Below, in pieces: positions 1 to 12,139 of a DNA stretch of 64,000 nt. Numbering within the stretch: position 1 is the first letter of the stretch; each line of letters begins with the position of its first letter. Origin of the DNA: Camelus ferus (lineage: Eukaryota); the NCBI RefSeq assembly GCF_009834535.1, contig NC_045696.1, positions 26,476,001-26,540,000 of the forward strand. The letters run 5' to 3'. Position numbers and translations under genes: made by a program. The notes beneath the pieces were generated by a model. The model did no database searches, was not told where the DNA came from, and was given only the letters and a program-made list of their open reading frames with translations.

Positions 1-100
1 CTCTTGAATTGTGTTACTGTGGTTAGAAACTGAATTTTTTATTTTATTTAATTTCAGTGTAAATAGCACGTGTCCACTCATGTATACGTACTGAGCCCAG
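1..100. mobile_element. Degenerate hAT-Charlie DNA transposon end (MER3/MER33-like)
   Basis: 'cttgaattgtgttactgtggttagaaactgaattttttattttatttaattt...aaatagcacgtgt' resembles the recalled MER3/MER33 terminal region. Confidence 0.5.
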
Positions 101-158
101 GAAACAGTTGTTTCCTTTTCATCATGTTTTAGAAAAAGTTGTATGTTACACACAGTCT

Positions 159-2282
159 TGATAGGAGTTGAGTTGTGCTCCCCTCCCCAAATTGTGCGTT
201 GAAGTCCTAACTCCACATGTGACTGTATTTGGAGACAGAGCCTCAGGAGCTAATTAAAGTTAAATGAGGTCATAAGGGTGGGGCCCTAATTCAATACAAC
301 TGGCAGTCTTATAAAAAGAGTAGGAGAGAGGCATGCCACAGAGGGCAGGCCATGTGGAAAACAGTGTGAAGGAGGCTGTCTGCAAGCCAGCAAGCGTTTC
401 TCGCCAGAAACCACCCCTGCTGCACCTTGATCTGAGACTTCCAGCCGCCAGGGCTGTGAGAAATAAATTTCTGTTGTTTTGGCCCCCTGCCTATGGTATT
501 TGTTATGGAAGCCCAATCTGACGAATACAGATTTTGATACCGAGAAGTGGAATGTCGCTGTAACAAATACCTAAAAACGTGGAAGTGCCGTTGGAACTGA
601 GTAACCAGGAGAATCTGGAAGATTTTGGCATGCTAGACAAAGCCCCAGTTGTGGTGAAGGGACTGTGACAGAAACATGAATGTTAAAGGTCATTTTGATG
701 AGAGCTCAGAAAGAGAGGAGAGCTGGAGAGAAAGCTTCCATCATCTTAGAAAACCCATGAAGAATCACGAACAGAGTATCAGTGGAAATATGGCTGTTGA
801 AGACCATTCTGGTGAGATCCCGGATGGAAAGGTGGAACACGTTCTCAGAAACTTGAGGGAAGGCAATCCTTGTTATAAAATGGCAAAGAAAATGGCTGAA
901 TTGTGTGCAAGTTCAAGTGTTTTGTGGAAAGTAGAACTTGCAAGCAATGACCTTGGATATGCAGCTGAGGAGATTTCTAAGCAAAGTGTTGACGGAGCAG
1001 CTCGGTTCATCCAGACTGGTTATAGTAAAATGTGAGAGGCGAGAGATGGGTTACAGAAGGAATTATTCAGTAACAAGGAACCAGAATTTGAAGATTTGGA
1101 AAGTTCTCAGCCTATCTATATTACCAAAAGTGAGAAGGCCTGTTCTGGAGAGAACATTAAGGGTGTATCTGAACAACCATTTGATGAAGAGGTTAGTATG
1201 AGAGCAAAGCATGATTTTATCAGCCACCTCAGTAGAGGGCAGGGATAGAGACGCGACACCAGACCAGGTGAAGAAATGTGAACATGTGTTAACCGAAAAG
1301 GGAAGAATGACCCCTAAAGTCAACTCAGAGATCTTGAGGGATGCCACTCTCGCCACAGGCGTGGGGTGCAAGGCTGCCTTCTCCTCGCAGTGGAAGGAGC
1401 CAACACAGACAACTGCATGAGGGGCCTCCACAGTGAGTCATGTGGGTGCGGTCACCCCATAGAGCCAACGGGTGGGCTGCCCTGTAGAGCCACGAGGTGA
1501 TGCTGCCACCCCATTGTGCCTGGAGGGGAGAGCATCAAAGCAAAGGGGATTATTTTTGAGCCTTAAGATCTAATGAAATTTGCCCTGCTAGCTTTTGGAG
1601 TAGCGTGAGGCCTGTCACCCTTTCTTTTTCCAATTTCTCCCTTTGGGAACAGGGATGTCCATCCTAGGCCTGTCCCGCCATTTTACTCTAGAAGTACATG
1701 ACTTGTCTGGTTTCACAGGTTCATGGCTGGAGAGGAATGCTGGCTCAGGATGAAGGGTACATTTAGTCCCACCCATATCTGATTTTGATGATATTTAGAT
1801 GAGACTTTGAACTTTACACTTTATGCTGCAATGAATTAAGTCTTTGGGGAATGTTGGGTGTAATGCATGTATTTTACTTTTGAGAAAGACATGAATTTTA
1901 AGCTAGGGACAGAATTCTCACCCAAAACTGCAGTGCTGAAGCCCTCACCCTCTGTGTGACTGTATTTGAAGACAGGGTCTTCAGGAGGTAACTAAGGTTA
2001 AATAAGGTCATTTGGGTGGGGCTCTAACCTGACATGACTGTTGGCCTTATAATAAGAGAAAGAGATAGCTCTCTCCACATGCCACAGAGGACAGGCCACA
2101 AGAAGATGTGTCTAGAAAGTGGTTGTCTGCAAGCCAGGAAGAGAGTTCTCACCAGGGACCAAACCTTCCAGTACCTTTATCTGAGACTTCCATCCTCCAG
2201 ATCGTGAGAGAATAAATTTCTGCTATTTAACTCAAATTGGTCTCTGATATTTTTGTTATGGCAGCCTGAACTGGCTGACACA
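159..2282 (+). mobile_element. Near full-length MaLR provirus (MLT1A LTR - MLT1A-int - MLT1A LTR)
   Basis: 5' LTR at 159-529 (TG...AATACA) and 3' LTR at ~1915-2282 (start eroded) are homologous. The internal region starts with the typical MaLR 'gattttgataccgagaagtgg...gctgtaacaaatacctaaaaa'. The 5-bp TSD is agtct (154-158) / agcct (2283-2287). Confidence 0.92.
637..1248 (+). pseudogene. Fossil MaLR internal (gag-related) reading frame
   Basis: The ORF at 676-1035 (…GNPCYKMAKKMAELC…LWKVELASNDLGYAAEEISKQSV…) resembles the recalled THE1/MST/MLT1 internal ORF. The same frame continues past one TGA (1033-1035) to a TAG at 1246-1248. Confidence 0.8.
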
Positions 2283-2439
2283 AGCCTTGTTTTAAAACTT
2301 TAGATGATAGAAAAAGAAAAAAAAATTCCTGTATCCCCTAGCTTAATACACTCTATGTAACTTTTGTCCTTAAAAAAAAACCCTGAATTCGCATCAGTTT
2401 GGATCAGAAGGCTGGATGTGGGGGGATAGGGTGAAGCAC

Positions 2440-2600
2440 GAATACAATGACGCACAGCCGGGCACTACTCCTCGCTCCTGTTTTTAAAGCCAGATGGCTA
2501 ATGACGCTGCTGCGGGGATCTCGTGAGGACTGTTGCTACTGCGTGAATCACTTGGCAGTAGCTTTTCTTCCCCTTCACCAGTTGCCAGGGCAACTCCAGT
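2440..2600. promoter_or_regulatory. Candidate enhancer/promoter with an RFX X-box and CRE half-sites
   Basis: Near-perfect X-box GTTGCCAGGGCAAC (2581-2594), TGACG at 2448 and 2502, E-box CAGATG (2491), AP-1-like TGAATCA (2545), and locally raised CpG in non-repeat sequence. Confidence 0.45.
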
Positions 2601-2683
2601 ATTGATTGCTGTCTTTCTGCTTCTGTTAGTTCCTGTTGCTCTGTCTTCTGAGTTTGCTGAGATACGTTTTTAGGAAGCGGTAT

Positions 2684-2686
<3 letters not shown>

Positions 2687-2722
<36 letters not shown>
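2687..2722. repeat. (TG)18 microsatellite
   Basis: Uninterrupted TG run read directly. Confidence 0.98.
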
Positions 2723-2726
<4 letters not shown>

Positions 2727-4274
2727 AGTGAGATTCTTTTTCACATGCACTAATCTGACACATGTTTTTTCCCCCTCCTGTGGACCACTGACTATCTTTG
2801 GACCTTGTAAATTCTTTATCAGAAGCAGAGTTGACCTCCACTGAGCTTTCTAGAATAATCCATGGGCTTTCAAAGCACATGGCCTGCCAGGACACTGAGG
2901 CATGGCACAAGTCACCTATAGGAAATGATAATTTCCACTACTTCCATCAAACTATAAGTCCTAGTTTTCATTGCAGATAAGAGATATGTTTTCTTTCTTG
3001 AAGGAAAAGCCCCAAGCTAACAATGTTGTCAGCTCTGTTTTCCTTATGCTTCAAGCTCTCATTAAGTTCATCCAGAGGAATGTAAGTGTGGGATTAGAAA
3101 TCAAAGGAACTTCTTCAAGCTCTGGCTCTGACATTATCTAACTGGACAGATTTGGACATTGTAATTTAGCCTTTTTTAAATCTCATTTATTGTTAACCAT
3201 TGTTCAAGGTCCCACTGTATGTCAGATCCTGTGCAGGGACAGAGAAAGAAAAAAAGAAAAACAAAAACAAACAAATAGAAAAAAAAAACCCCTAAAACTC
3301 CAAGTCTCAGAAGAAAGTAAAATGTTGTTTAAAAAAAAAATCCTTTGTGAAAGCAGTGTGTCACTGTGCCCCAGCTCTGACACCAGGCTGGGAATCATAG
3401 CCTGCCTGCTTGAAAAATATGTCGCCCATGCGCACTATGCCAGGGAGCCAAAATACGTGCATTCCTGAGAAGGAGTAGAAGAGGAAGAGGAAAGATTTGT
3501 GCTCGAATCACAGGGAAAAAGAACACAGAGGAGGGACACAGGAGAAGCTGGGCTGTATTGGCATCTGGTCTCCTGGGAGACGTTGGGACCAGATCTGAGC
3601 TGCAACCTGGAGAAACAAACATGAGACACTAAAGCTGAGGCCCCCGCTTTCAGCTGGGAGCATCATGTGCTCTGTCATGTTAGTGGCTTTGCAGCCTCAG
3701 GCTGCCCTAGACTTCAGTACCCAGAGCAGGACCTTGTTCTCCCAGCAGGAGGGAGCCTTTGTGGCAGGTAGAACGGGAGCTGAGACACTCATCAGATCCA
3801 ACAAATGCCCAGTGATAGAAAAGCTTCACCAGTAGAGGCCTGAGGCTGGGGCAGTAGCACCAGGAGGCAGGGACTCATCTTGTTATCCATGCGATGTCCA
3901 CAGTGTTTCAGAAATGGGCGGGTTGTTTTCGCAGGAGCTTGTAAGACCGTGAATCCGGAGGGAACTGGGATAGCAAGTGAATATTAATGCTAATATCACC
4001 TCAGAGTCAGGGACGTGCAGGTCATATACAGGATTATCACTAGCTTATAAGAAGTATCTAAGGAATGTAGGTACAGATAGCTGCGAGGACACCTAAAGGT
4101 GTGGAATGAATAACTCTTGGAGGATTTTAGGGAGGAAGCAACAGGAAAGGTTATAGTTGATCTTCCTCTTAGAGGCAGAATAACACATTTCACACCAGGA
4201 AAGAGGAGACATTCATTTCAAAATGGCCATCCCATGAGAAGTCATGGCCAAATAACAGGGGCACCTTGAGGGAA

Positions 4275-4775
4275 TGCATCAGTTGGGAACGTTCTCCATT
4301 GCAAGTAATAGAAAACACAATGGCAATATTTTAAACAAAAAAAAATTAATTTTTATGGCATAACAAAGAAGCTCACATTAGGTACTTACTGCATATGGTT
4401 CAGAGAATCAATTATGCCATTCCCTCATGGTTGCAAAGGGGCTGCTGCAGCTCCAAGTATCACACATATTCCTCAGCCAAGATGAAGAGGAAAGACAGAA
4501 AGGCCATACTAGTCATCCTCTGTCGCCTGGAAAAACTAGAGCTTTCCTAGAACCCTTCTTCCCTTCTCCTATAACTTAAGCTAGATCTCAGCCTGGAAGG
4601 ACCACATATGTTCCCTTTCAACCCCTCTCCCCACCTCCCAACACCTGTCAGCAACAAAGCAGTCTGGGAAAGCAAATATTTAGCTAAGAATATTGCTTTG
4701 TTGAAAAACAAAGAATTCTGTTAGGAAGAATAAAAAGATGAACAAAGAGGGAATAGAGAAAACTGACATGGGGCT
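4275..4775 (-). mobile_element. Old MaLR solo LTR (MLT1K/L-like)
   Basis: 'ttgcaagtaatagaaaac', 'cctcatggttgcaaaggggctgctgcagctccaagtatcaca' and 'ttctgttaggaagaa' match recalled reverse-strand MLT1K/L motifs. Confidence 0.65.
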
Positions 4776-6492
4776 GGAACATCTAATCTTGGGGATGGAA
4801 GGTGGGGGTGGGAGTGAGCTTCAAAACAAAGACTAAAAACAAAGATATGGTCTGATTTTAAAGCCCTCTTTGGACTATAGGCTTGTTTTTTCCCTTTGAA
4901 ACACAGAGTAGTCTAATTCTCTTTTAACTTTAGGGTTCTGTAAGATCCCTCGTCAATAGTCCTTAACATTTAAGATCTTAATTGGAATGTTAGCAGTTTT
5001 CTCTTAGTCATACACTTGCTGCTTGCCCTGCTTCCCTAAGAAGCAGTGAATGTGGAACATGACCCCTTCCTCCTCCTCGTCCTCTCTAATCACCGTCAGT
5101 GCTAGGACTCTGGCCACATGAAGATTAACGTAATGGAAAGCAGCCCCTATTTAAGGAAACAGCATCTGCGATGTACCGACATTGAGGAGGAGCAATGGGT
5201 GGAGGAAGGGGCCCAGAGGCAGGAAGTTCTGGTCAAGCGCAGCACACCCGTGAGCGGGGCTGCTTTGTGTTACTCTCAGTCTCTGGGCTGGTGTCCTGGA
5301 GAAACAGCTAAGAGAAAGAAACCAGTGAAATGCCAGAGTCCCTTCTAGTTCTACAGCTATTTGTTGACTTACTTCCTTCAGCTCCTCTAAGCAAGCACAT
5401 ACTCCATGGCTGTATTTTTTAAGGACTGATTGAACGGGATTTAATGGGAGAAAAAGATCCAGGCAAAAAACTCCCTTTATTAGGAGAGACACAGATTTCT
5501 AACTTAGCTAGATTTACAGTCTTTGCAGAGCTAATGATTTTGCTGTAAAGAAATCTATTAAACAATACCCCCCTTAGTTTGGGGCCCTACATTTTTATGA
5601 ATTCAGTCCCTCTCATGGCACTGTCGGAAGTTTTGAGGTCTCAGGTTTTCAAATAATTCTCTTGTTTCCTTTAGAGCACATTTCTGCCCATTAAGCTTGG
5701 AGCTGCAGCCTTCACGTTCCTAGACAGTCACAGATATCTTTAAATGTCTGTCAGGCATGACTGTGCTTATAAGAATGAGGAGGTTCTGCAATTGAGTTCA
5801 GGGAAACAATGACCTCTCTGTCATTTATCATCAATAAGCCCTTGACAATAGCACATGTAGGCACGCCGCTGGACACAGATGCCAAGCCAGGCTACCCGAC
5901 TAGCATCCGAGCTCCGTTGTTTATTGCTCTTCTTGGATCACTTCTTTTATTTAATTTTGGCAAGTTACCAAAGTTAAAGAAGATATTTGCTGCTGTTGTG
6001 GCTGAGATCAGCCCACTTGTCAAACAAACTGATTGTGAGATTTGGGGGGAAACTTCTCAGTGCCAGGGACCAAAGACAACAATGTTCACTGATAGAGGAA
6101 ATCTTTATTACTGTGCGTGTAGAGCATGCCGTTTTTACAGGGGAGCTGTGACATTTTTCTAACTGGATTGCATCTGTACTTTTAAGAGACAGGCAACTAG
6201 AGTATCGCTGGAGATAATAGAATCTGAGGCTGGAAAGCCTTCATATTTTATTAGGGCTGCATTGATTCCATTTCTTTAAGCCGCTGGAGTGTTGTTTCAC
6301 ATTCTAGTGTCTGCATAACTGTATTGCCTTCGTTTCTCAGTTCCATTTAAAATTCCCTGGCATATCAAGGCTGGTGAATGTCAGCGAAGATAACTATCAA
6401 CATGTAATAACTTCCAACTACAGGAATGCGTAGCTTGAAAACACTTAACTGAGCGGGTCGTTCTGTAATAAGTGGGAGCCAGGGGAGGACAA

Positions 6493-6689
6493 ATTAACTC
6501 CAACCACTCTGTGTATATGTCAGATTTCATTTGGGTTTTGACTGTGCGTAGACATAGGCATTCATCACAGATGGTCAAGGACTGGAGTATGTTCTGATGA
6601 GTGATAAGGCTACGTGAACCAAATAAGGGACCTGTAGCCTACATCTCAGAAAACCTTTATAACAACCAGCAAAAAACACGTAGGAGCTA
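6493..6689 (+). repeat. Copy A of a ~200-bp local duplication (partner at 7584-7778)
   Basis: Manual alignment of 6493-6624 with 7584-7716 gives about 18 mismatches and 1 gap in ~133 positions. Weaker similarity continues to 'cacgtaggagcta' / 'cacataggaacta'. Confidence 0.95.
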
Positions 6690-6774
6690 GGGAAGGATAT
6701 AACTTGAATCAGGACAGTAAGGAAATCCTCAGTGAAAACTTAAATTAGTCATTTGCCTAGAACTTCGCTCCCAT

Positions 6775-7260
6775 TGTCGATTGTTGCATAACTAACCATG
6801 ACAGACTTAGTTGTTTTAAGCAACCATTTACTATCACCTTTACTGGTTCTGTAAGTTCCCTATGAGGTTGCAGTCACATGTTGGCAGTTGAAAGTGGAAA
6901 TATAAGACATGTTCTTCAATCATAGGTGTGCCATCTGCCCGAGATGGGACAACTTAGGGCTCCCTAGGAGTCTCTCTCTCCATGCCACCACCTCACGTGG
7001 CTAGCTTGGGCATCCACAGAACATGGCATTCTCAGGAAGCTGGCCATCCCTGGAGCAAGGGTTCCAAGAGACCAAGATAGAAACTACTAGAGTTCTTTCG
7101 ACCTAGCACCAGAAATCAGACAGCATTCTTTCTGTCACATATTATTTATTACAAGTGAATCACAAGAGTCAGCCCAGATTCAAAGGAAGGAAACTATACA
7201 AAGACATGAGTGTTAGCAGACTCGGTGCTTTGAGGTCCATCTTTCGAGACTAGCAACCAG
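6775..7260 (-). mobile_element. MaLR solo LTR (MLT1H-like)
   Basis: 'tgttgcataactaacc...ttaagcaaccattta', 'cacgtggctagcttgggc', 'ttccaagagaccaag', 'cagcccagattcaaagg' and 'gccatctt..gagactag'-like end. Confidence 0.75.
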
Positions 7261-7279
7261 AATTTTAAAAGTTCTTTTA

Positions 7280-7410
7280 GCTAAGTGAATTGCTCATGAT
7301 GAGCCAAGCACTACAATAAGTATTTTTAAATGAATTTCTCTTCTCATCTTTTGACAATCCAGTGAATCAGATGTTATCATTCTCTTAATTTTATAGATAA
7401 AGAAATGGAT
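7280..7410 (-). mobile_element. MIR fragment
   Basis: 'gccaagcact...ttttatagataaagaaat' is the reverse MIR core. Confidence 0.55.
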
Positions 7411-7446
7411 TAAAATATTTGTTGTTGGAAATTCTATAGCAGACTC

Positions 7447-8217
7447 TGATGGACAGAATTCTGAGATGTGTCTGTGATCTCTGCCCCATGATGTTAGTCT
7501 TGTGACTGTCTTATGTTATGTGGCAAAGGGATTTTTCAGATTTCATTAAGTTTCCTAATCAGTTGACCTTATTATAAGGAGACATTAACTCCAACTACCT
7601 TGTGGACATGTCAGATTTAATTTGAGTTTTGACAGTACGTAGACATAGGCATTCACCTCAGATGGTCAAGGAGCTGGAATGTGTTCTAATGAATAATAAG
7701 GCTACATAAACCAAATGGGAGATAAATACCCTACAGAAAGCCTTTGTATCAAACAGCCTCAAAATCACATAGGAACTATGTTCTTTTATAATAGGTGAGC
7801 CTAACCTAACCACACGGGTAGCAGAAGGGAAAGTCAGTGATATGAAGCACAAGAAAGATTCCAAGGCTCACTGCTGTCCTTGAAGATAGAGGAGGCCATG
7901 TGCAAAGACTGTGGAGCAGCCTTTAGGAGCTGTGAGTCACCCCTGGGCACAGCCAACGAGAAAACAAGGATTCTAGTCCCACACTGGCAAGAAACTATAC
8001 TCTGCTAACAACCTGTGTACACTTTGAAGTTGGTTTTCCCCAAGAGTCTCCAGATAAGAATTCAGCCTGGCTGATACTTTGATTTTGGCCTTGTAGTCCC
8101 TTAAGCAGAGAATGCAGTTGAGCCTTCCTGGGTTTCTGACCTACAGAACTTAAGCTAATAATTGGGCATCGTTACTAAGCTGTGATAAATTGCTATGCAG
8201 CAATGAAAAGTTAATTT
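7447..8217 (+). mobile_element. MLT1E-family MaLR LTR, interrupted by a ~200-bp non-LTR insert
   Basis: Starts 'tgatggacagaattctgagatg'; contains 'cctaatcagttgacctt', 'ttgaagatagaggaggccatgtgcaa', 'tctgctaacaacctg' and 'ttctgacctacagaact'; ends 'tatgcagcaatgaaaagttaat'. Confidence 0.85.
7584..7778 (+). repeat. Copy B of the local duplication, inserted inside the MLT1E LTR
   Basis: About 86% identical to 6493-6624 over the core, with LTR sequence resuming on both sides. Confidence 0.92.
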
Positions 8218-8385
8218 GGTACCTGCAGGGATTTTCTTGATATCATAACCTTGTTTGACTACCATTTTTTCCAAGTTTTGTTCCCCTACTTCTGCACCAA
8301 TTTTTTTCAGTGAATTCTTTCTAGTAACTCCATTTCACACAAACCTTGTCTCAGAGTATGATTCCAGAGAATTCAATATAACACA
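8218..8385 (+). mobile_element. Remnant of the 5' LTR (LTR16-like) of the ERVL provirus; probable LTR start at ~7434-7446, split off by MLT1E
   Basis: Ends 'cacacaaaccttgtctcagagtatgattccagagaattcaatataacaca', like the LTR16 3' end. 'tatagcagactc' at ~7434 resembles the LTR16 start. Confidence 0.55.
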
Positions 8386-11300
8386 GTCATTAACAGGGGT
8401 GGTTTAGAAAATAAGTGGCCAGAATGGAATTCTGGGATGGGGTCACTCACCAGCCAGATAGCAATTATGGATGAAAATTGGATGGATGTTAACTCCTGGC
8501 ACAACACTGCTTTATAAAGGACAAGACATTACACTTTGGCAAATTAGGATGGGAAGAAGGTGGAAGAGGCTTATGCAGTATCTGTAACATTTAAGTAATG
8601 TAGCGAAATGGTTATTTTTAGAATTGTGGAATTAATTATTTTTTGCTAGGTGTCAATTATGAGCTAAAGAAAGAAAGTGACAAACTCAGGTCAGTCAATG
8701 ACCAACCCAAGTTGTGATGTGAATGAAAAGGCTTTCCATGGCATCACTAATAGAGACTCTCATCCCCTATAGCTGGACCATGCTGAGGTTCAGGCCCAGA
8801 ACTCAAGGGTGAGTATAGCAGAACTACAAATAATGATGAATTCATAGCCTTGGCAAGTCTCTACTCTAAAGTCAGGAAGGCAGTGACAACCTATGACCTT
8901 CAAAGGAGATATCTGAGTGAATGCATTTGAATACACTGAACATAAGATTACCTTGAACCCTCTGTGTCTACAGAAGGGGCCACTTACTATTGCTTGAAGA
9001 TAGAAATGTCTCTTTCCTAAAGACCATGCAGAAGCATATCTTCGCCAGTGATCATGCTGAAATCTCCCCTAAGGAGTGACCCCCGCCCCGGCTAGGACAC
9101 CATAAGTAAGGTTAAGTCCTAGGATGTCCCAACTGGGAAGTACTGACTCTACTAAGGGAGGAGAGTTATTATTCACCAAAAGAACAGTAAGACCTGGACG
9201 GTATGTAGCAGCTAAAATCAACAAAACCCAACTAGGGCTTGAAAGTACTAGACAAAGTGAGTTGTATATAAAGCTGGATTGGGAGAATTGGATGATACAG
9301 ACAGCTCTTTCCCATGATTCAGATTCAACCCCTTAGCAAGGGCTTGGTCTTGATACATAGTTGGGATGGCTCTTGGAAAGATGGAAATAATGATGATCCA
9401 CATTAAAGTATCTGGAGATGACAGAGCTGCTTTTGGCAGAATGTTGAGGAAGGACCAAAAATACTCAGAGAGATAGATATGCAAGAATATATCATTATAT
9501 TAGCGCAAACAACCTACCAAATAGCTATGTTTCTTGGGAGAGCTGAGAGGACACTCATTTTTACTAAGAAAAGCACTTAGTGAGAGAGGAACCAGCAATG
9601 TGGAAGTTCAGTAGTGGAGTGATGTCTATCCATTAACGGACAATATTAATAATAGAAAATGTTGGGAAACTGAACTCCTGTTATGGGAACGACAGGTTTA
9701 CAGAGTAGCAGCAGCCAGGTGGTAGCATTTAATTATCAGACACACAATGTATTTACCATTATGGGTCATAAGGTTGAAATGGAAAGCAGGGGGCTCTGAC
9801 CCACTTCAGTGATGAATGATGGCTCATACTCCATGGCATTCTCAAGAACCAGATAAATGGACGACCAACACGGTGTGACTTAATATATATAATCAAAAAA
9901 GATTGAACCGATATTAACCACCCCAGTGGAAAATCATTATCCTTCATCCAGTTTCCAGGCCTGAGCTTGATTGAAAAAGATGCAGGTGCACTTGAAGAAG
10001 AACACTGCTGTGCAGCAGCAATTCACCCAATCCTTATCCAAAGGGATCTACGTCCACTGGGATTGGAGAAATGTATAGAATTTTTGACAGTTGTTGGTTA
10101 CAAGGTCCAAGCTAACATGATACCAAGAACCCCAAATCCCACTGTGGACACTCATTATAGTGGAATGCCATGTGGTAACAGAGGTCCTTATCCAGTAGAT
10201 GAAACATTGTCTCACCTTGTGGTCATTTCCCAGCCCATGAAGTTTTTTTTGTGGGGGTAATTAGGTTTATTTATTTATTCATTCATTCGTTTGTTTGTTT
10301 GTTTAACGGAGGTACCAGGAGTTGAACCCAGAAACTTGTGTGTGTGCTCTATTGCTGAGCTATACCCTACCCACCCCCCAAGTCCCTGAATTTTTAATTG
10401 AGATGAATATACTTATAGGAGGCGCAGAGAGTAACTAATATATAGTCTGATTGGGACAATTTAACTCTCCTGCTATGTCATGATATAGTCCAAGGGGATC
10501 TTGATGGTCTGGACATTCCTGCCACATCACAACCCTGTGCCTAAGGGGTCCTGAAAGACAGTGGCTAGAGAAATCCTCCCAGGAGGCAGAGCTTGTGTAG
10601 AGCATCTGGTCTTCTATTTCTCTTGGGAAAGAAGTGGCCTATGGTAAGGACATACACAGATTCCTGACCAGTAATAAAAGGCTTGGCTGGTTGATCAGTG
10701 GCTTCGAGAGAGCAAGACTGAGAGAGAACGTCTAGAGAAAGGGCATATGGATGGACTCATGGGAGTGAGCAGAACAGTGTGTACAGACTTTTGTGGACCA
10801 CATTAATGCCAACCAGAGACAACGCATTGCATCGGAGGCACTAAACAAGTAGGTGGACAGAATGACTCATCTAGTATATGCCAGCCTCGCTCTGTGTTTA
10901 TTCATGCCAGTGCTCACAGAACAGACCCATAAATGGACTCGTCATGACAAAAGAGATGGTGGCTGTATGTGAATATAGCATGGACTTTACTCTTACAAGC
11001 TTGATACAGCTACGATCATTGCTAAGTATCTGACTTGTCAGCAACGAAGTTTGTTGGGGGGCTCTTGATATGTTATCAGTTCTCAAGACCCATCAGCCAT
11101 GTGGTGGCAGGTTGGTTAAACCAGACCCCATCCACTCTGGAATGGGCTGTTATGTGTTTTCCTTTCCAGCCATTAATGTCTTGGTCAGTATTTAGAGTCT
11201 TACCGTGTGTCTGGTTTACTGAAATTTTATCTTGTGTAATATTTCTTCAGACCAATGGATATGTTTTTCAGAAAAGTGATTATAATACTGTGCATGGCTC

Positions 11301-12139
11301 AAAGGATCACTGGCCTTACTATTTTCTGTAGCACCCACAGCTGGCCAGTCTGATATAATGCTTCAAGGACCGTTCAAAGGCATGGCTAAAGTTCCAACTT
11401 GCAAATAACCCCTTGCTAGTTTGGAGGATTGGTTCCAGATATGGTATATACCTTTAGTGAATGGCCATTTTGTCCGAAGTCCCTGAAAATTAGAATATAT
11501 ATATGTCTAGAAAGGATAGAATGAAAGTAGAATTGATCTCTCCTGCCAGCACTCCCAGTGACCCATTTAGAAAATGTGTGCTTCTTGTCCTTGCAATTTT
11601 AAATTTGGTGGGTCTAGAGTTCTACAGTTAAGACTTCCACCTGGCCATTTTGAGCTCCTCACTCCAGTAGACCAGCAGGTGAGGAAGTTACCACCTTGGC
11701 AGTGGTAATGGACTCTGATCATTATGAGGTGATGGAGTTGCTTCTATACAAAGATTCAGAAAGTAGTCTGTCTTAACCTCTGGAAATACACTGCTGCATC
11801 CTTGGTGATCTCAAGCCTGTGTTAGCCATGAACCATCATAGCCAAATGAGGGCATAGTACCAAGGGCTCTGTACCTTGAGGTATAAAGATCTGGGTCCCC
11901 CCAACGATCTAATTAACCCAGAGCAGCAGAAGAGCTGGCCAAGGGTGAGAGAAAGGAGGCAGAGGATGAACATCACCTAAGCCTCAGGACCAATCTCAGC
12001 AGTGAAGGCTGTAGCTTGGCCAGCTAATCTTTCTTTTGAGTATTATATTTTAGAAAGGTGACTGGGCACCGTCCTGAAGAATCAGTGCAGTGAATTTAAT
12101 GTGAGGACTGAATGGATCTCAGCCTTGAAATGGGTACAT
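8386..12139 (+). mobile_element. Decayed ERVL-class internal region (ERV3-16A3-like): gag-pro-(mostly deleted RT)-RNaseH-IN-dUTPase
   Basis: Degenerate translations match ERVL proteins: gag IKLD...ALS (~9270), protease LL(V)T(R)SKLT*YP (~10090), RNase H 'aaatcctcccaggaggcagagctt' and YTDS*..GLAG*S (10560-10700), integrase Zn-finger region (10910-11046), dUTPase LRLPPGHF (11630-11750). Many stops and frameshifts. Confidence 0.88.
10243..10379 (-). mobile_element. Camelid tRNA-derived SINE (Vic-1 type) inserted in the ERVL internal region
   Basis: The reverse strand reads GGGTAGGGTATAGCTCAGC..AGAGC...CTGGGTTCAACTCCTGGTACCTCC, then an A-rich tail and AAACCTAATTACCCCCAC-A8. A degenerate TSD reads cagcccatgaa / aagtccctgaa. 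Confidence 0.88.

Noticed and set aside
9967..10260. 97-aa ORF as a retroviral protease gene
   Set aside because: The protease motif is degenerate, lies in another frame and contains a stop. The ORF ends inside a SINE tail.
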